Assembly: GCA_964529805.1 (NCBI GenBank)
Contig: CAZGZT010000007.1
Span: 556 to 64,555, forward strand
DNA: 64,000 nucleotides
From: an uncultured Solobacterium sp.
GTDB taxonomy: Bacteria > Bacillota_I > Bacilli_A > Erysipelotrichales > Erysipelotrichaceae
Direction of reading: 5' to 3'
A program made the position numbers and the translations under genes. The notes beneath the pieces are model-generated. The model was not told the DNA's origin, ran no database searches, and saw nothing but the letters and a program-made list of their open reading frames with translations. Numbering within the stretch: position 1 is the stretch's first letter; the number at the start of each line of letters is the position of its first letter. Shown piece after piece: positions 48,267-58,111 of this stretch.

Positions 48267-49145
48267 CTATTCTTTGAATTCTCTGATTCTATCCAGGAAT
48301 TCTTTCGCTTTTGTATAACCGTGGAAATAGGACATAGCCAGTTCATCCTCATCTGTTTCCAGTCTGCCTATTTCCTGCATCGTCGGACGGATGATGATCA
48401 CCTTTCCTTCCTTCTCCAGTTCCTCACAGATTTTGACCTGTTCCCTGTACAGATCGCTTCTCTTACAGAGAGCTTCATAGAACTTCGGATATTTCTTCCC
48501 GTAGATTCTGGAGAAGATCAGCTTCTGTCCATCGGTAATACGCGAGTAGTTGCCTTTCTTTCTGGTCAGGATGACAACGACCTTGTCATAGCCCTTTTCC
48601 AGCGTATGCATGATCGGGATTGAATCGCAGGCTCCGCCATCCAGATAGAACTTGCCATCTATCTCAACCGGTGATACAAGTCCCGGAATGGCACAGGATG
48701 CGCAGCCGATCTTCTTGCACTTTTCAGGATCCGTTGTCGTCATGTATTCGGCTTTGCCTGTCTCGACGTTGGATACGACCATTTCCCAGTCGACCGGTGC
48801 ATCCGTAAACAGACTGAAGTCGAAGCCAAATTCATCCGTATAGTCGTAGAACAGTTTATCCAGATCCACAAAACGGCGGGATTCGATCATCTGCGGAACT
48901 CCGTAGAAAGACTTGAATCTGTTCTTCTGGGTCACGCATTTTCTAAAGTAACCGCGCTGATTTCCGATAAAGGCGATCGTGTTGCAGGCGCCGGCACTCA
49001 CACCGCAAACATAATCAAAAGTGATTCCATGATCCATGAAACAGTCTGTCACTCCTGCGGTAAATATGCCTCTCAGGCCTCCGCCTTCCAGCACTAAAGC
49101 AACTTTACTCATACCCCTATATTTTAACACCAAATCCTGAAACAT
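48267..49145 (-). CDS. patatin-like phospholipase
   Basis: GGGLRG oxyanion motif, GVSAGA nucleophile elbow, catalytic LDGGACDS. Confidence 0.88.
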   Translation of the reverse strand: MFQDLVLKYRGMSKVALVLEGGGLRGIFTAGVTDCFMDHGITFDYVCGVSAGACNTIAFIGNQRGYFRKCVTQKNRFKSFYGVPQMIESRRFVDLDKLFYDYTDEFGFDFSLFTDAPVDWEMVVSNVETGKAEYMTTTDPEKCKKIGCASCAIPGLVSPVEIDGKFYLDGGACDSIPIMHTLEKGYDKVVVILTRKKGNYSRITDGQKLIFSRIYGKKYPKFYEALCKRSDLYREQVKICEELEKEGKVIIIRPTMQEIGRLETDEDELAMSYFHGYTKAKEFLDRIREFKE

Positions 49146-49175
49146 AAAAAAGACAACAGATTGAACTGCTGTCTA
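49146..49175 (-). terminator. rho-independent terminator after the ABC exporter pair 1
   Basis: AGACAGCAG-N7-CTGTTGTCT (one mismatch) followed by TTTTTTAT on the minus strand. Confidence 0.65.
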
Positions 49176-49184
49176 TTACTCTTT

Positions 49185-51074
49185 TTATTCCAGCTCGGCC
49201 TTTCCGGTATACAGCTGGTAGTATCTTCCCTTGAGTTTGAGAAGTTCCTCATGAGTGCCTCTTTCGATGATCTCGCCGTGTTCCAGAACCATAATGGCGT
49301 TGGCGTTACGCACGGTAGAAAGTCTGTGTGCGATGACGAAGGTCGTTCTTCCGTTCATCAGCTCATCCATGCCTTTCTCAATCAGCTTTTCGGTATGGGT
49401 ATCGATAGAAGATGTAGCCTCATCCAGAACCATGACCGGTGGATCGGCAACCGCACATCTGGCGATATTCAGCAGCTGTCTCTGGCCCTGGGAAAGGTTC
49501 GCACCGTTGGCCGTCAGCATCGTCTGATAGCCATGCGGCAGTCTTTCAATGAAAGAAGAAGCATTACATCTTTCCGCTGCAGCGATACATTCTTCATCCG
49601 TTGCGTCCAGTCTTCCGTAACGGATATTGTCCATGATCGTGCCCGAGAACAGGTTCGTGTCCTGCAAGACCATTCCTACGGATCTTCTCAGATCATCCTT
49701 GCGTATCTCTTTAATAGGAATACCGTCAAACGTAATCATGCCTTCCTCATCTTCCACATCATAGAAACGGTTGATCAGATTGGTGATCGTCGTCTTGCCT
49801 GCACCGGTAGACCCGACAAAGGCGATCTTCTGGCCAGGTTTCGCATACAGCGAGATATTCTTCAGAATGTCTTTATTCTCTTCATAACGGAAAGTGACAT
49901 TGTTCAGACGGATGTCTCCTTTCAGTTCAACATACTTAGGAGGCTCGACAGGGATCTTCCATGCCCAGCGGTCCGTCTTGTGATCCGTTTCTACCAGTTC
50001 TTCGCAGTCTTCTCTGACATTGACCAGTTCGATGATGCCGTAATCCAGCTCCGGTTCCTTATCCATCAGATCGAATACTCTTTCCGCACCGGCCAACGAC
50101 ATCATGATACCGTTGAACTGCTGAGAAAGATTGGAAATCGGTCCGGCAAACTGTCTGACAAACAGCAGGAAGGAAGCCAGATCGCCGATCCTTAAAGAAC
50201 CTTCAATGCACATCTTGCCTCCCAGTACGGCAACTACCGCATAGGTGACATAGGCAAGGTTGGCGTTGATCGGCATCAGCATCGATGCGTAGGCATTGGT
50301 CTTGACGGAATACTCGTAAAGTTTGTCGTTGTATCTGATGAAACCGTCTATCGTTTCCTTTTCATGATTGAATACCTTGATTACTTTCTGTCCAGAGAAC
50401 ATCTCCTGGGCATAGCCGTTGATGTTGGAGATCTGTTTCTGCAGACCGGAGAAAGTCTTTCTTGAACCCTTTGCCAGTATAAATGTAATGATCATCATCA
50501 GGATCAGCATTCCCAGTACGACAAGCGTCAGTCTGAGATTCAAGGAGAACATGAAGGCAAAGCATCCGACTACCGTGATCATTGTCGAGATCAGCGTCGG
50601 GAAGCCGTTGGCGATCATCGGTCTTATCGTATCGATGTCGTTGGTATAGTAGTTCATCACTTCGCCATGGGTCCTGGTATCGAAGAAACGGACAGGAAGC
50701 TTCTCCATGACTCTGAAGAGGTCTCTACGCATCTCGTCCAGAATGCCTGTCGAAACGATGGAAATCAGTCTGTTGAAAGCATAAGAAGATATCAGACCTC
50801 CGATGTATACCGCAGCCATTACTCCCAGCATCCTGATAAACCCGGACATGTCCGGATTCTCCATGCCGATGTACGGAACGATGTAGTTGTTGATGATCGG
50901 GGTAAACAGATAAGAACTCAATACTCCCGTAAAGGAAGAAAGCAGGATGAAAAGAATCGCGCAGATAAATTGCCATCTATAGTGTCTGCCGATGTAGGAG
51001 AAGGTCTTGACGATCGTTCCTACGACGTCGTTTGCCCGTGATGTACGGAGCTGTCTGTAGCCTGTATCTGCCAT
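49185..51074 (-). CDS. ABC exporter permease/ATPase, canonical-site subunit of heterodimer 1
   Basis: GSTGAGKTT, LSQGQRQL, MVLDEATSSID, VIAHRLST. 1-nt start/stop overlap with the partner. Confidence 0.9.
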   Translation of the reverse strand: MADTGYRQLRTSRANDVVGTIVKTFSYIGRHYRWQFICAILFILLSSFTGVLSSYLFTPIINNYIVPYIGMENPDMSGFIRMLGVMAAVYIGGLISSYAFNRLISIVSTGILDEMRRDLFRVMEKLPVRFFDTRTHGEVMNYYTNDIDTIRPMIANGFPTLISTMITVVGCFAFMFSLNLRLTLVVLGMLILMMIITFILAKGSRKTFSGLQKQISNINGYAQEMFSGQKVIKVFNHEKETIDGFIRYNDKLYEYSVKTNAYASMLMPINANLAYVTYAVVAVLGGKMCIEGSLRIGDLASFLLFVRQFAGPISNLSQQFNGIMMSLAGAERVFDLMDKEPELDYGIIELVNVREDCEELVETDHKTDRWAWKIPVEPPKYVELKGDIRLNNVTFRYEENKDILKNISLYAKPGQKIAFVGSTGAGKTTITNLINRFYDVEDEEGMITFDGIPIKEIRKDDLRRSVGMVLQDTNLFSGTIMDNIRYGRLDATDEECIAAAERCNASSFIERLPHGYQTMLTANGANLSQGQRQLLNIARCAVADPPVMVLDEATSSIDTHTEKLIEKGMDELMNGRTTFVIAHRLSTVRNANAIMVLEHGEIIERGTHEELLKLKGRYYQLYTGKAELE

Positions 51075-52873
51075 TATTCCATCGCTCCTTCCATCTGTGT
51101 ATTGTAAAGATCGCGGTATACTTCGTTTCTCTTCAGAAGCTCTTCGTGATTACCGATATCGGCGATCTTGCCGTTATCCATGATAATGATACGGTCCGCT
51201 TCTTTGACCGAAGCGACTCGCTGAGCGATGATGATGGTCGTCATGCCTCCCAGCTTTTCCTTTAAAGCCAGCTGAATACGGTGGTCGGTATCAGTATCTA
51301 CCGCACTGGTAGAGTCATCCAGAATAATGATCTTCGGGTGTTTCAGCAGTGCTCTGGCAATACAGAGTCTCTGCTTCTGACCGCCGGATACGTTGACGCC
51401 TCCCTGTCCCAGATCCGTATCGTACTTCTTCGGCATCTGCATGATGAAATCATTTGCCTGGGCATATTTGCAGGCTTCCACGATCTGTTCGTGGGTCGCT
51501 TCAGGATTGCCCCACTTCATGTTCTCTTCAATCGTACCGGAGAACAGCGTATTCTTCTGCAGTACCATCGCTACCGCATCACGCAGCTTGTCCAGCTTAT
51601 ATTCCTTGACATTCCTGCCTCCCACCAGCACTTCGCCCGTGGAAACATCATAAAGACGCGGAATCAGCTGAACCAGAGTCGTCTTGGATGATCCGGTAGG
51701 ACCTAGGATACCGATGACTTCGCCTGATCTGATCTTCAAATCAACATCGCTTAATACATATTTCTCTGCCTCATCGGAATACTTGAATGAGACATCCTTG
51801 AATTCAATAGAACCGTCCTCTACTTCCAGATTCGGATCATTATCCGTATCGGTGATCTTCGACTCTTCGTAAAGGATCTCGTTGGCTCTGTCAACCGATG
51901 CCTGTGCCATGACGACCTGCAGGAAGACGTTGGAAATCATCAACAGCGCGAACAGGATGGCCTTGACATAAGACAGATAAGCCATGAAGTCGCCTGTGGT
52001 CATCGTTTGCGCAATAACGCTTCTTCCGCCGATCCAGGCAATCAGGATCATACAGATGTACATCACCAGTTCAAAGAACGGTCTGTCGATGATAACGATC
52101 TTCTCCGCAAAACGCTGGGCCTTCATGACATTGGCGGAAGAACGCTCAAACTTCTCTTTTTCGTAATCTTCTCTGACAAACGTCTTGACTACCCGGATAC
52201 CTTCAATGTTTTCCTCCAGATTGCCGTCCAGAGCATCGAACTGCAGCATCATCTGTCTGAAACGCGGATGAGCCTTGATGTAGATGAATATCAGACCTGT
52301 ACCTAAAACAGGAACCGCAAACAGGAAAATCATTGACAGCTTCCTGTTGATCTTATAGACAAAGTAGGCACTGATGATCAGGTTGAATGGAGCCCTGATC
52401 AGCATTCTTACGATACTGACATAGGCCATTCTCAGCATTCTCATATCCGTCGTCAGACGCATGACGACTGTCGGAACAGGATACTTTTCAATGTTCTCGA
52501 AACTGTAGGTCTGTATCTTTTCAAACATCGCTCTACGGATATTCCTGACGAATCTGGTAGAAGATATGGAAGAAGCCAGACCGCTGCACGCTCCGGCAAC
52601 CGCAGCCGCCAGAGCCAGACCAACCATCAGAAGACCCTTGTTTACGATGTAGTCCATATCTCCGCCCAATTCATAGATACCCGTATCGATGATATCCTTC
52701 ATGACCAGCGGGATCAGCGCATCAAATATGACTTCAAATACCGTAAAAACAGGCCCAAGAATGGCAGCCGTTAAACCGTCTTTCGTATATTTCTTTAATA
52801 GATCAAACATATACCTAAATAGTACCACATTTTCAGGCGGATGATCTGCCAAACGCTTGTCAGCAATATGCAT
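51074..52873 (-). CDS. ABC exporter permease/ATPase, degenerate-site subunit of heterodimer 1
   Basis: GPTGSSKTT and VSGGQKQR are present. Walker B reads IILDDSTSAVD (Asp for the catalytic Glu) and the switch loop reads IIAQRVAS (Gln for His). Confidence 0.9.
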   Translation of the reverse strand: MHIADKRLADHPPENVVLFRYMFDLLKKYTKDGLTAAILGPVFTVFEVIFDALIPLVMKDIIDTGIYELGGDMDYIVNKGLLMVGLALAAAVAGACSGLASSISSTRFVRNIRRAMFEKIQTYSFENIEKYPVPTVVMRLTTDMRMLRMAYVSIVRMLIRAPFNLIISAYFVYKINRKLSMIFLFAVPVLGTGLIFIYIKAHPRFRQMMLQFDALDGNLEENIEGIRVVKTFVREDYEKEKFERSSANVMKAQRFAEKIVIIDRPFFELVMYICMILIAWIGGRSVIAQTMTTGDFMAYLSYVKAILFALLMISNVFLQVVMAQASVDRANEILYEESKITDTDNDPNLEVEDGSIEFKDVSFKYSDEAEKYVLSDVDLKIRSGEVIGILGPTGSSKTTLVQLIPRLYDVSTGEVLVGGRNVKEYKLDKLRDAVAMVLQKNTLFSGTIEENMKWGNPEATHEQIVEACKYAQANDFIMQMPKKYDTDLGQGGVNVSGGQKQRLCIARALLKHPKIIILDDSTSAVDTDTDHRIQLALKEKLGGMTTIIIAQRVASVKEADRIIIMDNGKIADIGNHEELLKRNEVYRDLYNTQMEGAME

Positions 52874-52961
52874 AATTCCCTATTTATTTTTCATATTTAA
52901 TTGAATTAAAATAGAAGTAGAATATGTTTCATATTTCATCATGTAATAAAGGAGGATCATA

Positions 52962-53741
52962 ATGAATCTATTACAGTTATTACTGGGTACACTGACGACC
53001 AATGATTCCGTCTCTTCCGTATCCAAGAAGACCGGCGTATCGTCAAAGACGATTTCCAAGCTCTTGATGGTAGCCGTACCTTTGCTGATCAGCTATATGA
53101 CCAAGAACGCATCCAAGAAGGATGGCGCTCAGTCTCTTTTAGGTGCTCTGACACAGCATACTAGCACAGAAACCGTTTCTCAGCAGATCGCCAAGGCCGA
53201 TACCGATGACGGTGCCAAGATCATCGCCCATATCCTGGGTCAGGATCAGAACGCAATCGTAAACAACCTGGCAAAGGAAAGCAACCTGACTGCCAAGGAA
53301 GTCAACAGCGTCCTCAACAGCATCGCTCCGGCTCTGCTTAACAGCCTTTCAACAGCTACGACAACGGCAGCAAAACCTCAGACAACAGCCAAGAAGAAAA
53401 AGACTTCAGGCGTTGACCTCTCTGACGGCATCGATCTTACGGATGTATTCGGACTGCTCAGCGGCGCTACTTCAACCCAGTCAAGCTCACCAGCTTCTCT
53501 GTTAGGAAGCCTGCTTGGCGGAACGACGCAGACACAGGTAAGCCAGAGCTCAGATCTAGCAACCAACCTGCTTGGAACGCTGCTGACATCAGCTGCAACT
53601 TCCAACAAGAAGCAGTCATCACAGGCCGATCTGGGCAACCTGTTAGGTTCTCTGCTTGGCGGAACAAGCCAGAAGCAGACCACAACCGCTCAGGCTGACG
53701 GTACAGAACTCTTAGGACTTCTGACCGGCTTACTGAAATAA
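52962..53741 (+). CDS. DUF937 domain-containing protein with a low-complexity Thr/Ser/Leu/Gly-rich C-terminal half
   Basis: MNLLQLLLGTL...SKKTGVSSKTISKLLMVAVPLLISYM... SD AAAGGAGGA. Confidence 0.65.
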   Translation: MNLLQLLLGTLTTNDSVSSVSKKTGVSSKTISKLLMVAVPLLISYMTKNASKKDGAQSLLGALTQHTSTETVSQQIAKADTDDGAKIIAHILGQDQNAIVNNLAKESNLTAKEVNSVLNSIAPALLNSLSTATTTAAKPQTTAKKKKTSGVDLSDGIDLTDVFGLLSGATSTQSSSPASLLGSLLGGTTQTQVSQSSDLATNLLGTLLTSAATSNKKQSSQADLGNLLGSLLGGTSQKQTTTAQADGTELLGLLTGLLK

Positions 53742-53766
53742 TCGGATCAACAGATCACAAAGAAAA

Positions 53767-53800
53767 GCACTCAGGCAAGTAACCTGAGTGCTTTATTTAT
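53767..53800 (+). terminator. rho-independent terminator of the DUF937 gene, embedded in the 3' end of the convergent lipid-kinase gene
   Basis: GCACTCAGG-N7-CCTGAGTGC followed by TTTATTTAT. Confidence 0.7.
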
Positions 53801-54646
53801 GATCGTGATTTCCGCTTTCCTGTCTGTCGTTCCGGCTTTTTCTCCATCCAGAGTCCAGACGGTATCGTCATCTTCAAATTCCAGAGTAATATGATCGGTC
53901 TGATAACGGTGGATCAGTCTATTCCTCTGCAGCAGATAGCTTAACAGATCCGATGTCTCAAAAATCGAAGGGATGTAGTCCACCATCAGGACATTGAACT
54001 TCCCGTCATCCACTTTCGCTTTATTCTTATCTTCCAGTTCCATTCCCGCCACCCTGTTTCCGGAATAGATCAGACCGAACAGAACGTTCCGTTTATAGTC
54101 CTTACCGTTAAGGGAATACTTTACCGGAATCTTCTTGATGTCAGGAAGATGGCTGATGCCTTCCAGAATATAGGCAATATTGCCTAAGGCTTCCTTGGCG
54201 CTCCTGTCGGTCGTAAACGGCACGTCGCACATCGCTCCGAAGGCTGCCACGTAATTGAAGTAACGGTCGTTGAACAGTCCCACATCGAAAGGCTGTACAT
54301 TCTTCTGAACAATCCGCTCGGCGATCGTCTTTGGATCATTCCCCAGATCGAAATTCGTTCCGAAGTCGTTCATCGTACCGGAAGGGAAATAGCCAAGCAG
54401 AGGCTTGTATTCCTTATGCATCAAAGCATTAGATACTTCATTCATCGTGCCGTCTCCGCCAAAGACACAGACAACGTCGTACTTCGTTCTGTTTTTCAGC
54501 AAATATCTTTCCGCATCGTTTGGCGACTGGGTCACATAAGTCGTGACATCATAACCATTCTGACAGAAGATATCGATCGCATCCAGAAGATGTACCTTGG
54601 AGTTTCTCATCCCCGATCTGGCATTTATCAGCATCAGCAGTTTCAT
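53771..54646 (-). CDS. diacylglycerol/lipid kinase family protein (YegS/DagK-like)
   Basis: VCVFGGDGTMNEV and the overall DAGK_cat architecture. 291 aa. Confidence 0.88.
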   Translation of the reverse strand: MKLLMLINARSGMRNSKVHLLDAIDIFCQNGYDVTTYVTQSPNDAERYLLKNRTKYDVVCVFGGDGTMNEVSNALMHKEYKPLLGYFPSGTMNDFGTNFDLGNDPKTIAERIVQKNVQPFDVGLFNDRYFNYVAAFGAMCDVPFTTDRSAKEALGNIAYILEGISHLPDIKKIPVKYSLNGKDYKRNVLFGLIYSGNRVAGMELEDKNKAKVDDGKFNVLMVDYIPSIFETSDLLSYLLQRNRLIHRYQTDHITLEFEDDDTVWTLDGEKAGTTDRKAEITIINKALRLLA

Positions 54647-54716
54647 ACTTTAATTCTAAAAATGAACTTGTTATTTTGCAATGATAATACACAACAAAAC
54701 GCTATATAATACAGAT

Positions 54717-55130
54717 ATGAAAGAAATCAGTGCCGGAGCAGTACTCTATACAAGGAAACAGGATGAGATCCTGTATCTTTTGATCAAGGACTTTCATGGC
54801 AACTACGGTTTTCCGAAAGGTCATCTGGAAGAAGGAGAAACTCTGAAGGAAGTGGCTGAACGGGAGATTCTGGAAGAAGTAGGCTTACAGGTTGAAACGA
54901 GTACGAGGTTTAGAGAGGATCTGAACTACATCATGCCTAACGGGATCGAAAAACAGGCCGTATACTTCATCGCAGAATTCTCTGATCAGAATTATCAGAA
55001 ACAGGAAGAAGAAGTCGATGAGATTATCCTGCTGCCATATGAAGAAGCCTATGAAACCATAAGCTTCGACAACATGAAAGAAGTACTGACAAAAGCCGAT
55101 CGATACATCAGGGAGGACCATCATGAATAA
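54717..55130 (+). CDS. NUDIX hydrolase
   Basis: Nudix box GHLEEGETLKEVAEREILEEVGL. ATG 54717 preferred, with TATAAT at 54705..54710 and no SD, which suggests a leaderless transcript. The track start is 54681. Confidence 0.85.
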   Translation: MKEISAGAVLYTRKQDEILYLLIKDFHGNYGFPKGHLEEGETLKEVAEREILEEVGLQVETSTRFREDLNYIMPNGIEKQAVYFIAEFSDQNYQKQEEEVDEIILLPYEEAYETISFDNMKEVLTKADRYIREDHHE

Positions 55131-55518
55131 AAAAGAACTGTTAAAGACCATCAAGTTTACTCTCTTCTCCATTTCTGCAGGAATCATCCAGATCGTATCC
55201 TTTGCTTTGTTTAACGAAGTACTGAAACTGGGGTGGTGGCCTAGCTATCTGATCTCTTTGATCCTTTCTGTTTTATGGAACTTTACTCTGAACAGGAAAT
55301 TCACCTTCCAGTCCGCATCCAATGTCCCGGTAGCGATGCTGAAGGTATTCGCCTACTACTGTGTCTTCACACCATTGTCTACCCTGTTAGGAAACAAACT
55401 GGTTGGCATGGGATGGAACGATTATCTTGTTACCGGCATGAACATGCTGATCAACCTGGTAACGGAATATCTTTATCAGAAGTATTACGTGTTTAGAGAT
55501 ACGCTGAATAAAGAATGA
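55123..55518 (+). CDS. GtrA-family membrane protein
   Basis: 131 aa, 4 TMs, ...KFTLFSISAGIIQIVSFALF...NFTLNRKFTF... typical GtrA pattern. Confidence 0.8.
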   Translation: MNKKELLKTIKFTLFSISAGIIQIVSFALFNEVLKLGWWPSYLISLILSVLWNFTLNRKFTFQSASNVPVAMLKVFAYYCVFTPLSTLLGNKLVGMGWNDYLVTGMNMLINLVTEYLYQKYYVFRDTLNKE

Positions 55519-55970
55519 TTACAAAAACAGATCTAAGCAGGATCATTCTAAAAAAGGATGATCTAGTCATCAGAAGGATTACAGAAAGCGATCGTGATAC
55601 ATTTGCGCAGTACACTTCTCTCGAATACTTCGATGAAGCAATCAAAGCAGATGACACGCTGGGAGTATTCATGGATGATGAAATGGTTGGAGCTTTTGTT
55701 TCCTACGGCCACAGCAGCAATGAGAGAATTGCAAAAGAAAACATGCATGGTACAGCACTGGGTTTCTCCTGCAAAAAGAGTCAGAGAAACAAAGGAATCA
55801 TATCCAGTGCACTAAAAGCATTAAGCGATCATCTGCTTAAAGAACTGGATTATGTCTTTCTGGAAATAACTAAGGACAATATCGCCAGTCAGCACGTTGC
55901 AGATAACGCCGGTTTCAGTAAATATGATAAGGATGAAGAGATTGATTATTATATAAAATGTCACATATGA
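55515..55970 (+). CDS. GNAT-family N-acetyltransferase
   Basis: 151 aa with the acetyl-CoA motif ...KSQRNKGIISSAL... Confidence 0.7.
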   Translation: MITKTDLSRIILKKDDLVIRRITESDRDTFAQYTSLEYFDEAIKADDTLGVFMDDEMVGAFVSYGHSSNERIAKENMHGTALGFSCKKSQRNKGIISSALKALSDHLLKELDYVFLEITKDNIASQHVADNAGFSKYDKDEEIDYYIKCHI

Positions 55971-56012
55971 AAGACAACATATAATCAGTGGTAAACTAGT
56001 AATTAAGAGAAT

Positions 56013-57074
56013 ATGGAACAAGAAAAGAAAAACAACAGAAATCAAGGAATAGACCTGTTAAGGATCATATTGATGTTTATGGTCTGTGTTCAACATGTCG
56101 TAACAAAAGCCGATATCATGGATACCGGCACCAGTCCCTATGGCTATGTATACTGGTTCATTGATATGCTCTGCTGCTGTGCGGTCAATTCCTATGCAAT
56201 GATCAGCGGATATGTATCGAATAAAAAAGAGATTCCATACAAAAGAATCATTAATCTCTGGTTCCAGGCAATATTCTATTCGTTTATTGTTTCGATCCTA
56301 ATGAATCTTCTATATTCTAAAAAAGAGATCAGTCTGTCTTTTATCATTAAATCGCTTATGCCGATTACAAACAATACTTTCTGGTATGTTACGGCATACA
56401 TACCTCTTTTGTTTCTAATGCCTTTCTTAAACCAGTATCTGGATGATCTGAAAGAGAAAGAACTCAAATTTTTGTTTGTAGTAATGTTGTTTGTGTTCTC
56501 TTTTCTGGCTGTGTTAGGTGACAGTTGGTCCTCATATGGATACAGCTGTATCTGGATTATGACTCTTTATGTTATAGGAAAGATAATTCGAAGAATTAGT
56601 TTATTTAAAAAAATCAAAAGCATTTCTTTAATGCTTATTTATTTACTGAGTGTTGCTGTTTCCTGGCTGTCGTTTTATATAACCGGCATACCTAGAATGG
56701 AAGAGTACATCTCTCCAACAATCGTGTTATGTGCAATGATTCTGGTCGTCGTCTTTTCAAGAATCAGTATTCAAAGCGAAATAATCCGAAAGGTCAGTGC
56801 CTTAGCCTTGGGAATCTATTTATTACAGGGAAATTCAAACTTTTCCCAGTTCTTTTTCCAGAATATCATTCCATTGAATGGCACAAATCTCTTACCAACT
56901 CTGTTACTGATCTTTCTAAAAACGCTGTTGCTAATGATTATCGGTTGCATCGTAGAAAAAGTAAGAGTACTGACTTTTAAGCTTTTAAAAATCGATAAAT
57001 TGGAAAATCTGTTATCAAGTTTCTTGGAATGGATGATCAATAAGCTACAGGTAATTCTAGAATTCTTTATATAA
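56013..57074 (+). CDS. acyltransferase family 3 membrane protein (O-acyltransferase)
   Basis: 353 aa, about 10 TMs, N-terminus ...RNQGIDLLRIILMFMVCVQHV... typical of Acyl_transf_3. Confidence 0.82.
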   Translation: MEQEKKNNRNQGIDLLRIILMFMVCVQHVVTKADIMDTGTSPYGYVYWFIDMLCCCAVNSYAMISGYVSNKKEIPYKRIINLWFQAIFYSFIVSILMNLLYSKKEISLSFIIKSLMPITNNTFWYVTAYIPLLFLMPFLNQYLDDLKEKELKFLFVVMLFVFSFLAVLGDSWSSYGYSCIWIMTLYVIGKIIRRISLFKKIKSISLMLIYLLSVAVSWLSFYITGIPRMEEYISPTIVLCAMILVVVFSRISIQSEIIRKVSALALGIYLLQGNSNFSQFFFQNIIPLNGTNLLPTLLLIFLKTLLLMIIGCIVEKVRVLTFKLLKIDKLENLLSSFLEWMINKLQVILEFFI

Positions 57075-57099
57075 AGTGTATCTTATAGAAACATATAAA

Positions 57100-57122
57100 A
57101 AGGAGAACTAATCGTTCTCCTT
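57100..57122. terminator. bidirectional terminator between the acyltransferase and C_GCAxxG genes
   Basis: AAGGAGAAC-N5-GTTCTCCTT. The stem overlaps the last codons of 57108..57524 and has T-runs on both strands. Confidence 0.6.
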
Positions 57123-57524
57123 AATTTCATCTATCGTTATTTCTAGAGCCTGCGTTCCCAGAAGGATCGTCTTGAAACAGCCTTCTTCTTTTGTATGGTA
57201 TTTCGGTTTCAGTTCCACACATGTCGTTCCTTCCAGATGATTCCTGAAATTTCTGACCATCTTCTGAATCTTCGGTCTGACAGTTTCCTTCTCTTCCTTG
57301 GCGCTTCTTTGTACGATCATCTTGGAGATGACCGCAACGCCCGCAACCAGAGCGCCACATACCATTCCCGAAAACATGCCTCCGCCGAATCCTCCGAACA
57401 GCTTCATATCCTCTTTGTTAATATTCAGATGATAGTAGTCGTTTGCCGCATGAATGATGGTTTCCGCACAGTTGTAGTTCTCATCCTTGAAATAATGACA
57501 TACCAGTTCTTCAAATTCACTCAT
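57108..57524 (-). CDS. C_GCAxxG_C_C family protein
   Basis: ...YNCAETIIHA..., ...GMVCGALVAGV..., ...TCVELK... and a C-terminal Cys match the family pattern. Confidence 0.8.
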   Translation of the reverse strand: MSEFEELVCHYFKDENYNCAETIIHAANDYYHLNINKEDMKLFGGFGGGMFSGMVCGALVAGVAVISKMIVQRSAKEEKETVRPKIQKMVRNFRNHLEGTTCVELKPKYHTKEEGCFKTILLGTQALEITIDEIKEND

Positions 57525-57604
57525 CCTTTATCTGCCTCCTATCAGCTTCTGTTATCATTTTACCATTCTGTACTATAATGGAAACAGCAATTCGAGGTAA
57601 AAAA

Positions 57605-58087
57605 ATGGATAAAACAACAATCAGAATCACAATGGAAAACGGAAAAACGATGACTGCGGAACTCTATCCGGAATATGCACCGCTGACTGTTCAGAACTTC
57701 ATCGATCTGATCAACGAGCACTTCTTTGACGGACTGATCTTCCACAGGGTCATTAAGGGATTCATGATCCAGGGTGGCGATCCTAGCGGTACGGGAATGG
57801 GCGGAAGCGAGAAGACGATCAAGGGAGAATTCGAATCCAACGGATTCAAGAATGATCTGAAACATACCAGAGGCGTTCTTTCCATGGCCAGAACAATGGA
57901 TCCGGATTCCGCATCCTCACAGTTCTTCATCATGCATCAGGATGCTCCGCATCTGGATGGACAGTATGCGGCATTCGGCAAGGTCATCGAAGGCATTGAA
58001 ACCGTAGATGAGATTGCCAATGTGAAAACGGATTTCAGAGACAAGCCTCTGGAGCCGCAAAGAATCAGAACCATTGAAATCATATAA
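57605..58087 (+). CDS. peptidyl-prolyl cis-trans isomerase (cyclophilin type)
   Basis: ...FHRVIKGFMIQGGDP...GGS...GVLSMAR...SQFFI... Start placed at ATG 57605 (SD GAGG). TATAAT at 57574..57579 overlaps the track start. Confidence 0.92.
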   Translation: MDKTTIRITMENGKTMTAELYPEYAPLTVQNFIDLINEHFFDGLIFHRVIKGFMIQGGDPSGTGMGGSEKTIKGEFESNGFKNDLKHTRGVLSMARTMDPDSASSQFFIMHQDAPHLDGQYAAFGKVIEGIETVDEIANVKTDFRDKPLEPQRIRTIEII

Positions 58088-58111
58088 AAAGAGTACTGAG
58101 TACTCTTTTTT
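58086..58111. terminator. bidirectional terminator between the PPIase and ABC exporter pair 2
   Basis: AAAAAGAGTAC-TGA-GTACTCTTTTTT. Confidence 0.75.

Noticed and set aside
49161-50195. 344-aa plus-strand ORF antisense to the ABC exporter gene
   Set aside because: It is a shadow ORF. The same phenomenon is seen opposite the other ABC genes (for example 59996..60457 and 63375..63872).
53500-53680. Two similar about 39-nt segments (CTGTTAGG..CTGCTTGGCGGAAC...) in the DUF937 gene
   Set aside because: They encode the low-complexity LLGSLLGGT(S/T)Q motif within one ORF. This is an intragenic protein repeat, not a DNA element.
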